DNA from: Mustelus asterias
Lineage: Eukaryota
Length of the DNA: 64,000 nucleotides
Assembly: GCF_964213995.1 (NCBI RefSeq)
Contig: NW_027590122.1
Location: forward strand, 372,001-436,000
Direction: 5' to 3'
The first letter of the stretch is position 1. Every line of letters begins with the position of its first letter. This document shows, in pieces, positions 24,867-37,775 of the stretch. Under the pieces are notes generated by a model. That model saw only the letters and a program-made list of their open reading frames with translations, was not told the DNA's origin and ran no database searches. A program made the position numbers and the translations under genes.

Positions 24867-25223
24867 CATAGAATCCCTCCAGTGCAGAAGGGACCATTCG
24901 GCCCATCAAGTCTGCACCGAGTCTCTAACAGAGCACCTTACCCAGGCCCTCTCCCCCATCCTATCCCTGTAACTTACACAGTTACCATGGCTAACCCATC
25001 TAATCTGCACATCTTGGGACACTAAGAGGGAAATTAGCATTGCAAATCCACCTAACCCGCACATCTTTGGTCTGTTGGAGGAAACTGGAGCACCCCGAGG
25101 AAACCCACGCAAACATGGGGAGAACATGGAAAGTCCACATGGACACTCACCCAAGGCTGGAATTAAGCCCGGGTCCCTGGCGCTGTGAGGCAGCTGCGCT
25201 GACCACTGTGCCACCATGCCACC
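24867..25223 (-). mobile_element. HE1/V-SINE-type SINE
   Basis: A box, degenerate B box, V-domain, tail. Confidence 0.85.
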
Positions 25224-27736
25224 CTATAGTTGAGGCCAAAACATTGTCTGATTTCAAGAAGATATGAAATATAGCTCTTGGGACTAAAGGGATCAAGGGA
25301 TATGGAAGGAAAGTGGGAATCAGGAAATTGAATTCGATGATCAGCCATGACCAAGATGAATGGTGGAGCAGGCTCAAAGGGCCGAATGGCCTACTCCTGC
25401 TTCTAGTTTCTATGTTTCTCTCCACTGGGCCAGCAGTCCATCCAGTGGCACAGTGGTTAGCACTGCTACCTCAAAAAAACAAATACAACAATGGCTTTGG
25501 CATCTGCTACAATGTGACTGACAGTTTGACAACGGAGTCAAGGGCATCAGAAGCAAAAGATACCCTGGGAGGTGTAGAAGAATGTGATGGAGATTACGAG
25601 CGGGTCCTTGATAGGTTTTCTAAAGAGATTCAGAAAGGAAATAGCGAGTTGAAAACGTCCAGAATAAATTAATTTCCAGTTACATTGGAAACCTGTTGCC
25701 TCACAGCTGAGTACAAAATATAAAGAGTTGAGGGAACTGGTGGATAAGCTGCAGAATGGAGCTGATTGCTGGCAGGAGAGCACGTCTGACCTGGACAATC
25801 AGTTACATTGGGAACAGGGGGCAGATGATAGGGTGAGTGGAGCTCAGAAAAATCTACTGCTGTTCGGCCAAACTCTGGAACAAGATATCAATTTACAGTC
25901 AGAAAATATCAGATCAAGTGAAGAGTTAGAAAATGCCATGGGGACATTGAGGAAGTGAATTCAGCCACAAAGTGACACCTCCCCTGAAGCAGACCACTCC
26001 CCGTGTTTAGCTAAAATCAAACAACCTGAGACACAAATCAGTCACCAGCGAGCAGATGTAGTTGTTTTCTCCAAAACCAAGGCCACTGAAAGCACTCCCC
26101 CCTCTCCTCTGCCTCTCCTGTGTGATAAGGAAATACCGGTGTATGAGGTTAGCCATGACTTCTGCACCATCATGATCCACAACCCTTACTCCAAGTTGGT
26201 TTGCCCAGTTGAAGGAATTCTTAAAGCAGCGTGTTTTTTGCAAGTATCATAGATTCGAAGAATTAGTTTGGAAAGGGAATAAAAATTAATTTAATTTGAA
26301 CTGCCGTGTGTTTCTGTTTGAAATAAATTCAGACTGTACTAAAATGTGAAAGAAATTAAGTTGTTCAAGGTTAGAATTGTGAAGGCCAATTTGCTCCCAA
26401 AACACAAAGATAAGGCTGCAGTTTGGCAGCAAACCAGTTCCAACTTTCCAAAACATCTGAGTTAAAATTGTTGAGATTTGGTTAACAACACATTTCACAA
26501 AGTATTTCTTTCAACTTTGATTAAGTAGCAAATATTGGAAATTGGCATTTACAAAAAAGACAGACAAAAGAGATGAAATTTGAGCAAAATTGAAGAAAAT
26601 AACACAAGAGAAGTTTTTTAAATTATGTAAGTTGATGCAGTTGCCAAGTTTCCTCTGCCCACTCCCCGCCTCTCTCGGTTCCACAGAGAAGTTAACCCTT
26701 TCAGCAGACAGTTGATTTTTATAAATCTCCAAACAGCCTTTGTTTTTCAATGTAACCTGTGATTGGACATATTAACTCACTGGGATCTTGGCCAGAGCCA
26801 GATGGATTTTTTTTTTAAACAGGTGATGACGGTTTCACTCACAAACAATCCGAGTGAAGGCCGCAGTTTTGAGAATTAAAGCAAAGAATAAAAGACTTTA
26901 CCTTTCAGAAAGCCAACAAGCCTGCTTTTGAGATTAGAATTGATAAATATCTGACATGGGTTGCTATTTCAAGCATTTAAAATGGAAATTACCTGGTGTT
27001 TAAGGGAAAGAACAAAATTGATAATGCCTGGAATCAAACAGAAATGTTCGGTTTCTGTTAAAATATGTTATGAGAATACTTAATGATTTATTTGACTCCA
27101 AAGATTCTCCAGAACTCCTGAAAGTGTAGTTTAAAGCAATCCATATATTTGGGTGTTTATGAAGATTTGAGTGAAAGGGAAGTCCAGATGAGATGAATGA
27201 GGTGACAGTTTTCTCTTGGAGATATTTGTTTCTTTGTCTATGAACTATTTGAGAGAACTGAATTTGATAATCTGGCCATCATCTGAGACATTGGGACTGT
27301 ACAGGGGGAAATAAGCAAAGACATTGAGATGAAGAACCCCTTTGACTCTGACTTTTGACTTTCTTCTGAAGATTCTTCCAGAATTATTTAATGGTGCTTC
27401 CTTTGTAAGAAAGTGGAATCTAGGATGATGAAACTGATTGGTAAAAAACATAGCACAATCCTAAAAGACCTGATAAACCTTCCACAAATGTAAAACAATG
27501 ATTTGTTGGAGAGGGAAAAGAGATGCCAACAAGCATGACAAAAGAACACTGTCTGGTTAAAAATAAAATGAGAGGCAACGTTTAACAGGGAGGGACATGT
27601 GTGAAGATGGCTTATGAGCGTGAGACTCCAACAGAGGGTTAAGGAAGGAATTGGAATGTGAGATTGCAGAGGTGGTTTGTAAATTGTGAAGGAACTGACA
27701 TCCGACAGTACACGGTGGAACTGCACTGAAGAATAA

Positions 27737-28005
27737 AGGGTGGCATGGTGTCACAGTGGTTAGCACTGCTGCCTCACAGCGCCAAGGACTCGGGTTCAAT
27801 TCTGGCCTTGGGTGACTGTCTGTGTGGAGTTTGTACATTTTCCCCATGTCTGTGTGGGTTTCCTCCAGGTGCTCCAGTTTCTTCCCTCAGTCCAAGATTG
27901 GCAGGTTAGGTTGATTGGCCATAGTAAATTGTCCCTTCATGTCAGCGGAACGAGCAGGGTAAATAAGTGATATTATGGGGATAGGCCCTGATGGGATTGT
28001 GGTCT
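27737..28005 (+). mobile_element. HE1/V-SINE-type SINE, 3'-truncated
   Basis: A/B boxes and V-domain; joins a CR1 at ~28006. Confidence 0.85.
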
Positions 28006-28740
28006 GGGGAAATACTTAGGAAATCAGAAGCACAAAGGGACTTGCAAGTTCTGGTTCAGGACTCTCTTAAGGTTAACATGCAGGTTCAGTTGACAGTTTG
28101 GAAGGCAAATGCAATGTTAGCATTCATGTCGAGAGGGCTAGAATACAAGAGCAGGGATGTACTTCTGAGGCTGTCTAAGGCTCTGGTCAGACTCCATTTG
28201 GAGTATTGTGAGCAGTTTTGGGCCCCTTATCTAAGGAAGGATGTGCTGGCCTTAGAAAGGATCCAGAGGAGGTTCACAAGAATGATCCCTGGAATGAAGA
28301 GCTTGTCGTATGAGGAACGGTTGAGGACTCTGGGTCTGTACTCATTGGAGTTTGGAAGGATGAGGGGGGGGGGGATTTAATTGAAACTTACAGAATACTG
28401 AGAGGCCTGGAGAGAGTGGACGTGGAGAGGATGTTTCCACTAGTGGGAGAGTGTAGAACTCGAGGGCACAACCTCAGAGTGAAGGGATGATCCTTTAAAA
28501 CAGATGAGGAGGAATTTCTTCAGCCAGAGTGGTGAATCTTTGGAAGGAGAGCTGTGAAGACCAGGTCATTGAGTGTCTTTAAGACAGAGATACGCAGGTT
28601 CTTGATTAATCGCTGGATCAAGGGTTACAGGGAGAAGACAGAAGAAGGGGGACAAGAATCAGATCAGCCATGATTGAATGGCAGAGCAGATTCGATGGGC
28701 CAAATGGCCTAATTCTGCTCCTATATCTTATGGTCTTATG
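28006..28740 (+). mobile_element. CR1 3' fragment
   Basis: LVRLHLEYCEQFWAPY; cttatggtcttatg tail. Confidence 0.9.
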
Positions 28741-29261
28741 ATTCCATTAGAACGGTCTGGGTATTCTGTATCTGAGATCATCAATATAATTTCTCCCATT
28801 GATCACTGGTTTTTAATAAAGTTTTACCTTTATACTGTGACATTGGTTTCCGGAGTATAATTGCCACCTTGTCGGAGAAACCCACTAACAAATGGTGTGG
28901 AAGGGGTTCTGGGTTAATTAGCAGAATGACAGGCAGAGTCTGAGGTTTAGCAACAGCTGGGGAGGAAAGAGTTACTGGGATTCCCTGTACTGCCAGGAGT
29001 GGTGGTGGAGGCAGATACAATAGGGGCTTTTAGATAAGCACATGAATTTGTAAGGAATAGAGGAATATGGACCAAGAGCAGGCAGAAGGGATTAGTTGAA
29101 TTTGGCATCATGTTTAACGCAACATCGTGGGCTGAAGGGTCTGTTCCTGTGCTGTACTGTTCTACGTTCTATTTGTGATCTCCATTTAGAAAAAGGAAAT
29201 AGAGGCACTGGAGAAGGGGCAAGAAAGATTCACAAGAATAATCCCAGAACTGTAATCACTT

Positions 29262-30165
29262 GTGAACTCACTGGTGTTTCACCAAGTTTGCTGACTGAGT
29301 GAATCACAGTCAGAGCAGGTGACCAGCCTCTGCCCAGTGTGAACTCACTGAAGTACCCATGGGTTGGATGACTCAGTGAATCCCTTCCCACACTGAGAGC
29401 AGCTCCCCACTGTGAACTCACTGGTGTTTCAGCAGTGCTGAAGATATTCTAAATCTCTTTGAGCAGTGAGAGCAGCTGAACGGTCTCTCCTCAGTGTGAA
29501 TGCGCTGGTGGGACATCAGCTCTCCAGAGCTTTTGAAGCCACTTCCACAGTCAGAGCATTTGAAAGGCCTCAGATTGGTGTGAGCGAGATTGTGTCTGAG
29601 CAGGCTGGATGACTGAGTGAATCCCTTTCCACACACAGAGCAGGTGAATGGTCTCTCCCCAGTGTGAACTCGCTGGTGGGACACCAGTTCTCCAGAGCTT
29701 TTGAATCTGCTCCCACAGTCAGAACATTTAAAGGGTCTCTCATTGGTGTGAGTGAGATTATGACTCAGCAGGTGGGAGAACTGAGTGAATCCCTTCCCAC
29801 AGTCAGAACAGGTGAATGGTCTCTCCCCCGTGTGAACTCGTTGGTGTCTCTGCAGATTGGATGAGCTTTTAAACCTCTTTGTGCAGTGAGAGCAGCTGAA
29901 CGGTCTCTCCTCAGTGTGACACCTGGTGGGACACTGGTTCTCCAGAGGTTTTGAAGCCAATCCTACAGTCAGAGCATTTAAAGGATCCCTCATTGGTGTG
30001 AGTGAGATTGTGACTCTGCAGGCTGGATAACTGAGTGAATCCCTTCCCGCACACAGAGCAGGTGAATGGCCGCTCCCCAGTGTGAATGTGTCGATGAGAT
30101 TCCAGCCGTGATGGGATCCTGAATCGCCTCCCACAGTCCCCACATTTACACAGTTTCCCCCTGGT
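29262..30165 (-). pseudogene. C2H2 zinc-finger gene C, probable pseudogene (~11 fingers)
   Basis: Family start accATGgag reads accAGGggg; frameshift near 29920; stops at 29418 and beyond. Confidence 0.75.
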
Positions 30166-30858
30166 GCGGGTGTCCTTGTGACTCTCCAGGTTAAACAATG
30201 AGTTAAATCTCACACAGAACACGGGTACAGTCTCTCCCCGCTGTAAATGCTGCGATGTATTTTCAGGCTGTGTAACTGGTTAAATCTCTTCCCACACAGT
30301 ACACTGGAACACACTCACTCGGGTGTATCTGTGTCTCAGTGATTTTTCAGTTACATTTATGTTAAAAAAATAATTCTGAAGCAGACAGAACAGAAAAAGA
30401 TTTCTCCTTTTAGATTCAAAGGCCAATGATATTCAGGTCCTGATCAAATGAATAACTCTGTCAGGTCTTGATGTGTTGTTTGATTTGAAATTTCTGCCTG
30501 TAAATCCTCACCTTCTGCAAATCTATCCTGCAAATGGAGTTTATAAAATTCATCAGTGTTAGTACAGGCTAGAAATTCAGAACAGACAATTCTCGTTTCT
30601 ATGGAACATTCTTTCCTCTCTCATTCCCCAAAAGCTGTAAATCTCCATCCCACACACTCTCCCTCCATTCTCACTCTGCTGTATCTAATATTCACCCTAC
30701 CAATTCTTCGAAAGGTGCTGATTCAGGCTGATTGACCGATCCATACTCACTGCTTCCTGTCCTGGATGTGAAGATGTCGGCGTTGGACTGGGGTAGACAC
30801 CCAGTCTAAGAAAGAAGTTTCACAACACCAGGTTAAAGTCCAACAGGTTTATTAGTAG

Positions 30859-30893
30859 CAGGAGCTTTCGGAGCACTGCTCCTTCATCAGCTG
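30859..30893 (-). ncRNA. Minimal hammerhead ribozyme motif
   Basis: cag-CTGATGA-aggagcagtgctcc-GAAAGCTC-ctg. Confidence 0.75.
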
Positions 30894-31184
30894 TGTGCAG
30901 GATTTGGTTCGCAAACAGGGCATATATAGACACAAACTCCATTATAAGATAATAGTTGGAATGCGAGTCTTAACAGGTAATCAAGTCTTTCCAGGTACAA
31001 TGTGAGTGGAGAGAGGGTTAAGCACAGGTTAAAGAGGTGTGAATTGTCTCAATGTTGTCTCAATTGTCTCACGTTGTTTGTATCTTAAAGACTTGATTAG
31101 TTGTAAGTATTCACATTCCAACCATTATTCATGTAAATTGAGTCTGTGTCTTTATATGCCCTGTTTGTGAACAGAATTCCCACT

Positions 31185-31221
31185 CACCTGAAGAAGGGGC
31201 TTAGAGCTCCGAAAGCTTGTG
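31185..31221 (+). ncRNA. Minimal hammerhead ribozyme motif
   Basis: cac-CTGAAGA-aggggcttagagctcc-GAAAGCTT-gtg. Confidence 0.75.
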
Positions 31222-32089
31222 TGGCTTTTGTGACCAAATAAACCTGTTGGACTTTAACCTGGTGTTGTTAAACTTCTTACTGAATTGTCTCAAGCCAGGA
31301 CAGTTAGTGAGATTTTGCAAGCCCAGCAAGTTGTGGGGGTTACAGATAGTGTGACGTGAACCCAAGATCGTGGTTGAGACCGTCCTCATGTGTGCGGAAC
31401 TTTCTGCTCAGCGATTCTGCACGGTCGTGAGTCTTGAAGGCCGCCTTGGAGAACATTTACCCGAAGATCAAGGGCATTCAGCCTCTGATCTTCGAGTAAG
31501 TGTTCACCAAGGCGGTTTATAGTTTAGTTTTGATTGTTTATTAATTAGTGTCACAGGAGGCTTACATTAACACTGCAATTAAGTCACTTGAAAATCATGA
31601 AAAAAGTGCAAACAATCTATGAAGTTACTGTGAGAGTCGGTATGGACTCGAGTTGTCCAATGGACTCCTTCTGTGCTGTAATGACTCTATAACTGGAAAT
31701 ATATAATGTAGCTACAATACAATATGACAAGATTGGAATGATAAATGTATTTATTGCAGGACCAGGAATAAACCTGTCTGATACAACAACATTGGACATA
31801 TCTCTGTCCGATATTAATTTACTGTCCCCTTAAATGTCAGCCATCCCCTGGGGAAACCAGCCATTTAATTGTGAACATTAGGAAAGAGACCATCCTTTTA
31901 GATAGACAAATAAATGTGTCAAACTGAGGGAGCAAAGGATGTCAATGTCTTTAAGAGACAGAGCCCTGGGCCAACCTTTCCAGAGTCTGCACCCTCCCTG
32001 GATTCACTTCCATTGCCTTCAGTTGCTGCAAGTCCCCAATTTCCCCCAGAATGAGAAAAGAAATGGAAAGGGGGAGAAAATAAAGTGTT

Positions 32090-32550
32090 TTACTCACAGA
32101 TGTTGGAGACAGGAGGAAGTTTGAGTCTGTCTGAAGCTCAATCTTCATTCACGCAAAGCCGGTGCTCTGATCAGCTGGAGGACCAGTGTCCTTCCAGTCC
32201 TCCAACTCTTCCCATTGGTCAACACCTCAGGTCAGGGGGTGGGATCTGCCCTGCAATTCTCAGCATCCCCCTCCCTTGGACCTGCGCAGTCCCGGGCCGG
32301 GGGGAGGGGGAGATCACTGAGCGGCTTCTCGCTCTGGCCGGAGCCGTCAGCCGGTTGCCTGGAAACCTTGGCTCGATGTGGTGTAGGGGGAGGGGAACTA
32401 TGGGTGGGGGCGGGGCTCCCGGGTCCGCGCGCCCGGGCCTGAGCACTGGAACCCGGAGACGTCACCGCGGAGCAGAGTGATTCCTATTGGCTGATTCAAA
32501 GATGGCTCCGCTGTGACATCACAAAGGGGAAGTTGGCCAATGATGATGTA
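32090..32550 (-). promoter_or_regulatory. CpG-island promoter/first exon, probably of ZNF gene C
   Basis: CpG-rich; CCAAT boxes, GC box, CRE-like gacgtca/tgacatca, YY1-like aagatggc; minus-strand donor gtgagta at ~32097. Confidence 0.6.
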
Positions 32551-33861
32551 ATTTAAACAATGCCTGAGATCACTTCACTTCTTGGTCAGACCCCCTTTTC
32601 AGTCCAGTGCTACTTGGAGTTTACCGTCAATTCAACAACTATTGGGTTACAAGTCCCTCACAGTTCTGATCACAAATTTATGATAAAATAATTTAAACAA
32701 TACATGAGAACGCTTCTTAACTAACTACCGACCACTGTTTGTTGATTGGTCAGACCCCCTTTTTACAGATTCGGGAATCTCAGCCACTGAACACCTGCCG
32801 ATCCTGGAATAAGTTTAATTCTAACTCATTCTGAGTAAATATTCTCACCAGGTCCTCTGTTGGGGCCCTGCTATGCAGCTTTAATGGTCCGTGATTGCAG
32901 AAACTGAGCAGTAACAGGAATGTGGTCAAGATAGTCCAGTCCCATAATGCCTCACATTCAATCTGCAGTCCTTCAATTATAACAGAATATGTGGCTGTAT
33001 GTAGCTGCCTCGGCCGTGGTCAACCCCAACACTGCCTTCCTGAACTGCTACAATGCCTGAGGTGTAAGTACACCCACAGTGCTGTTAGGGAGGGATTTCC
33101 AGCTACACATTCCACACTTCCTCTAGACTGTGGGTGGATGCGAGATTGATACATTTCATTCAACTGCACTCAAGCTGAGTTATTCAAATCCCTTTATTGT
33201 ACGGGACAATATATTCACAATATCTTTAAAACAGAAATTAAACATTCCCATTTGATTTCAGGTATTAACATATTCTGTTAGTTTGTTCTTTATTGTCAAT
33301 GTCAGGCTGAGGTTGTTCCCCTTGGAGCAAAGGAGGTTCAGGGGAGATTTGATAGAGGTGGACAAGATTCTGACAGGTTTAGATAAGGTGGACAAAGAAA
33401 AGCTGTTCCCATTAGCTGATGGGACAAGGACGAGGGGGGTCACAGATTTATGGTTTCGGGTCAGAGTGGAAGGGGGGAATGTGAGGAAGAATATTTTGAT
33501 GCAGCGAATGGTAATGACCTGGAACTCGCTGCCTACGAGGGTGGAGGAAGTGGAGACAATAAACAATTACAAAGGAAATTGGATGAGCATTTGGGAGGTT
33601 TCAAACAGAAATGCTGACTAAATATCTCTGAACTTCCTCACACCCGGTCACTCGGTGATCTGTGTGAAATCTGAAACCAGGTATTCGCAACAAGACTCAA
33701 AGAGCATCAGCCCACTGGAGGCAAAGTCATGTGACCAGCCAGTCCAGCAGAAAGAAACCCCCCGACCCTCCCCATTGACCAACTGTGAGAATGAACAAAA
33801 TGCAATCCTGGATGTAATTGAGAGCAGAAACAATAACAGCAGAATCCAACCCCTGGAATCA

Positions 33862-34002
<141 letters not shown>

Positions 34003-34953
34003 CTAAGAGCAGGTGAATGACCTCTCCCCAGTGTGAATGCGCTGGTGTCTCCGCAGGCTGGATAACTGACTGAACCCCTTCCCACACTGGGAGCAGGTGA
34101 ATGGCCTCTCCCCAGTGTGAATGCGCTGGTGTCGCTGCAGGTCAGATAATTGACTGAACCCCTTCCCACACTGAGAGCAGTTGAATGGCCTCTCCCCAGT
34201 GTGAACTCGCTGGTGTCTCCGCAGGACGGATAAATCAATGAATCCTTTCCCACACTGAGAGCAGGTGAACGGTCTCTCCCCAGTGTGAACTCGCTGGTGT
34301 ATCCGCAGGGTGGATAACCGAGTGAATCCCTCCCCACACTGACAGCAGGTGAACGGCCTCTCCCCAGTGTGAACTCGCTGGTGTCTCCGCAGGGTGGATA
34401 AATCAATGAATCCTTTCCCACACTGAGAGCAGGTGAATGGTCTCTCTCCAGTGTGAACTCGCTGGTGTATCCGCAGGGTGGATAACCGAGTGAATCCCTT
34501 CCCACACTGACAGCAGGTGAACGGCCTCTCCCCAGTGTGAACTCGCTGGTGTGTCTGCAGGGTGGATAAATCAGTGAACCCCTTCCCACACTGAGGGCAG
34601 GTGAATGGCCTCTCCCCAGTGTGAACTCGCTGGTGTCTCTGCAGGTTGGATAACCGAGTGAATCCCTTCTCACACTGAGAGCAGGTGAATGGTCTCTCCC
34701 CAGTATGAACTCGCTGGTGTCTCTGCAGGCTGGATAACTGAGTGAATCCCTTCCCACACTGACAGCAGGTGAAGGGCCCCTCCCCAGTGTGAATTCGCTG
34801 GTGTGTCTGCAGGTGGGATGGTTGACTGAATCCCTTCCCACACTGAGAGCAAGTAAATGGTCTCTCCCCAGTGTGGCTGCGCCAATGAGCTTCCAGCTCA
34901 GATGGGTATTTGTATCTCTTCCCACAGTCCCCACATTTCCATGGTTTCTCCAT
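34003..34953 (-). CDS. C2H2 zinc-finger protein D (11 intact fingers; premature TAG removes 2 more, ancestral stop at 33859)
   Basis: gcaccATGg MEKPWKC; TGERPF linkers; CAG>TAG at 34003-34005 followed by two in-frame fingers ending HQQVHE*. Confidence 0.8.
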   Translation of the reverse strand: MEKPWKCGDCGKRYKYPSELEAHWRSHTGERPFTCSQCGKGFSQPSHLQTHQRIHTGEGPFTCCQCGKGFTQLSSLQRHQRVHTGERPFTCSQCEKGFTRLSNLQRHQRVHTGERPFTCPQCGKGFTDLSTLQTHQRVHTGERPFTCCQCGKGFTRLSTLRIHQRVHTGERPFTCSQCGKGFIDLSTLRRHQRVHTGERPFTCCQCGEGFTRLSTLRIHQRVHTGERPFTCSQCGKGFIDLSVLRRHQRVHTGERPFNCSQCGKGFSQLSDLQRHQRIHTGERPFTCSQCGKGFSQLSSLRRHQRIHTGERSFTCS

Positions 34954-36014
34954 GGTGCAGGTGTCCTTGCCTCTCTCTTCAGTTGAAGACTCGTCCACAC
35001 ACAGAACAGTCTCCCCCTGCTGTGAATGGTGTGATATTTATTCAGGCTGTGTAACTGGTTCAAGCTCAGTGCACTGGAACACACTCACTCCAGTGTGGCA
35101 GCGTGTTGGCTCTTTTCCAGTCACACTGATGTTTGAAATCTTTTCAAGTCATCAGACCGGACAACCATTTCTCCTTGATTCAAAGGCCGATGATATTCAG
35201 GTCCCAAGGAATGTGACTCTGTCAGATCGAGATGTGACGTTTGAGATTTCGGCCTGTGATTCCTCTTTCAGTATCCTGTAAAACAAGTTTACAGAGATCA
35301 TCAGTATCAGTGCAGGATAGAAATTCAGAACACATAATTCTAGTTTCTATGGAACATTCTTTCCTCTCTCCAGACTCGAAACATTGGCTCTATTCTCTCT
35401 CAATCTGGGGGATAGCGTGGGAAATGATGCTGCGGTAGATCAGCCAATTCTCAATGAATGGTTGAGGCAGTTCGATGGGCTGAATGGCCAACTGCAGCTC
35501 CTGTTTCTTATGATTTGTGTGTGGTGGACAGGAAGCAGTGAGCATGGATCTGTCAATCAGCCTCAATCAGCACCTTCAGGAGAATTGGGAGGGTGAATAT
35601 TAGATACAGCAGAGTGAGAATGGAGGGAGAGTGTGTGGGATGGAGATTCACAGCTTTTGGGGATTGAGAGAGAAAGAATGTTCATTAGAATCTAGAATTC
35701 CTACATCTTATCAACCGTCCCTGAGCCTTCAAAATGAATCTCTCTTCTCAGGACACTCTTATCTCTGACTTGTCTGTGCTGCTCGCAGTCTCACAAAGCA
35801 GCTGCCTGTGTGTTGACACAAGGGGCCCTGCGAGGCAAGTTTAATGCTCCATGACTGTGTCTTTAATGACTGAATAACTATAGGAATATGGTCAAGTCAG
35901 CTAAATCACATGATGCTTTATATTTCGGTTAGTAACTGTCCATTTTGTTAACATAGCACATTTGGATATATAAATACAGATAAAGGCAAAATGTTGCGGA
36001 TATTGGAAAAAACA

Positions 36015-36152
36015 AAAACAGAAAATGCTGGAAAATGTCAGCAGGTCTGACAGCATCTGTGGAGAGAGAGTAGAGCCAACATTTAAAGTCTGGATGACCC
36101 TTGTTCTGACAAAGGGTCATCCAGACTCAAAATGTTAGTCTATTCTCTCTCT
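36015..36152. mobile_element. Palindromic derivative of the second Penelope pLTR family
   Basis: agtctggatgaccctt / aagggtcatccagact inverted arms; decayed hammerhead core. Confidence 0.6.
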
Positions 36153-36329
36153 ATAAATATATATACGACAGCTGCCTCAGGCTTGGCCCACTCTAACTCC
36201 CTGCAAAAGGAGATTACAAGAGTCATGTGTCAATTGTGGCTTGAAATTAAGAAATACACATTTTTTGGGGGGTTTGAGATTGCTGTCAAAATCCTCTTCT
36301 TCTAACCATCTGTAAAAGGAAATTCCAAA

Positions 36330-36665
36330 ATCACAGAATCTCTGCAGTGCAGAAGGAGGCCTTTTAGCCCATCGAGTCTGCACCAAGTTTCTAACAGAGC
36401 ACCTTTACTCAGGCCCTATCCCTGTAACCTGATGTACGTACATCACTAATCCTTTCCTTCCCCCTCATCTTGGGACACAAAGGGACACTTTAGCACGGTC
36501 GATCAACCCACTCTTTGGAGTGTGGGAGGAAACCAGAGCACCCAGAGGAAACCCACACAGACAGAGGGAGAATGTGCAAACTCCATACAGACAATCACCC
36601 GAGGCTGGAATTGAACCGGGTCTCTGGCGCTTTCAGACAGAACTGCTAACCACTGTGTCACCCCC
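36330..36665 (-). mobile_element. HE1/V-SINE-type SINE (older)
   Basis: A/B boxes and V-domain on the minus strand. Confidence 0.8.
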
Positions 36666-36874
36666 AACAGTCATTTGTCAGACCTGAATATAAATCCATA
36701 ACATTCTCCCCTCCTGTTTTCGAGCATAAGATTACTTAAGATGGAATATACTTACATTGGAAGCAATTCAGACAAGGTTCACTCGCTGATTTTGGGCATG
36801 AAGGGGTCTGTTTTTTGAGGAAAGGTTAGGCAGGGTGCATCTATGCTCGTTGGATTTTAGATAAATGAGATGAG

Positions 36875-37345
36875 TGTTGGAGTGAAACTAAGACTGCGAC
36901 CTTTGAAAGTGAATGCGTACGGGACTGGCTGTGCCCAGCACTTATCCTGTGGTTAACAAAGATCATTCTGTTGCTGACTAAATAACGAACTAACCTTTGA
37001 GCTACATCCTGTTATTGTATAAAAAATACGGAACAGACAAAAAAAACCAGACCGCGAGGTCCAGATGGTCAGCTTAGCTTAAGATAAAGGTGAACTGAAA
37101 CAATAAGTTGTGGGTTTCTGTTAACGGTTGTTTTTGAAGGAATGTGATTGGAGGTCAATTATTGCGAGGGGAGCCCAATTGGCTAAGTACAGGTAACCAC
37201 CCAAAGCTAATGACGAAGTAACCGCTAATGTCTGTATGATCAAAGTGTATAAAAGACGGCGAGCCGCCGCTCCAAATTGAGAAGGTGAAAGGCAGCATCC
37301 ATGAACCCGGCCTGTCAGTCAATGACTCAAACATTGTCTCTCCTG
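36875..37345 (+). mobile_element. Possible truncated LTR (U3 plus start of R)
   Basis: Starts tgttgg; CCAAT boxes then gtataaaaga at ~37247; no 3' end or TSD found. Confidence 0.4.
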
Positions 37346-37359
37346 GTCACCCAAATCCT

Positions 37360-37720
37360 GAAACCCCGCCCACTGGCCGCGCATGCGCTCTGCTCCCCGC
37401 TAAACAAAGATGGCAGCCGCGGCACCGCGCCTGATCCCGGATAAAATCCACGGAGCTGCAAAGCCGGGACCGGAAGGCTCTTATTCAGATCTTGCGGCCT
37501 ACAGCAGATGTTTATGAAGCCTCTGTTCCCTCCCCACCCCGAGTCCCGGCTTCATTCCTCCCGCCGTCCCACCGATTCTCACCCCTTGAAACAAGTGTCT
37601 CCCGGACTCGCGGGCTCCGAGCAAAGTGACACTGCGCATGCTCCAGATACAGCGCTGCGCCTGCGTACTGGGCTCCTGTGGAGTGAATAGGGCACTTTCA
37701 CACCCGCAGCGAATGCTGGG
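37360..37720 (-). promoter_or_regulatory. CpG promoter/first exon of ZNF gene D
   Basis: Reverse complement of the 13700-13830 module (tandem NRF1-like sites); donor gtgaga at ~37582; extra gcgcatgcgc and aagatggc sites. Confidence 0.65.
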
Positions 37721-37775
37721 CAATAAACGCCATTGAAACTTCATACAGTTAATTCAAAATAGCATTGTTAGCATT

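Larger units (their letters stand above)
30765..31520 (-). mobile_element. Penelope 3' fragment (pLTR + GIY-YIG tail) containing a nested + strand pLTR (31053-31280)
   Basis: FRTHEDGLN on the minus strand; nested copy flanked by tgaattgtctcaa (31040-31052, 31281-31293). Confidence 0.85.
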
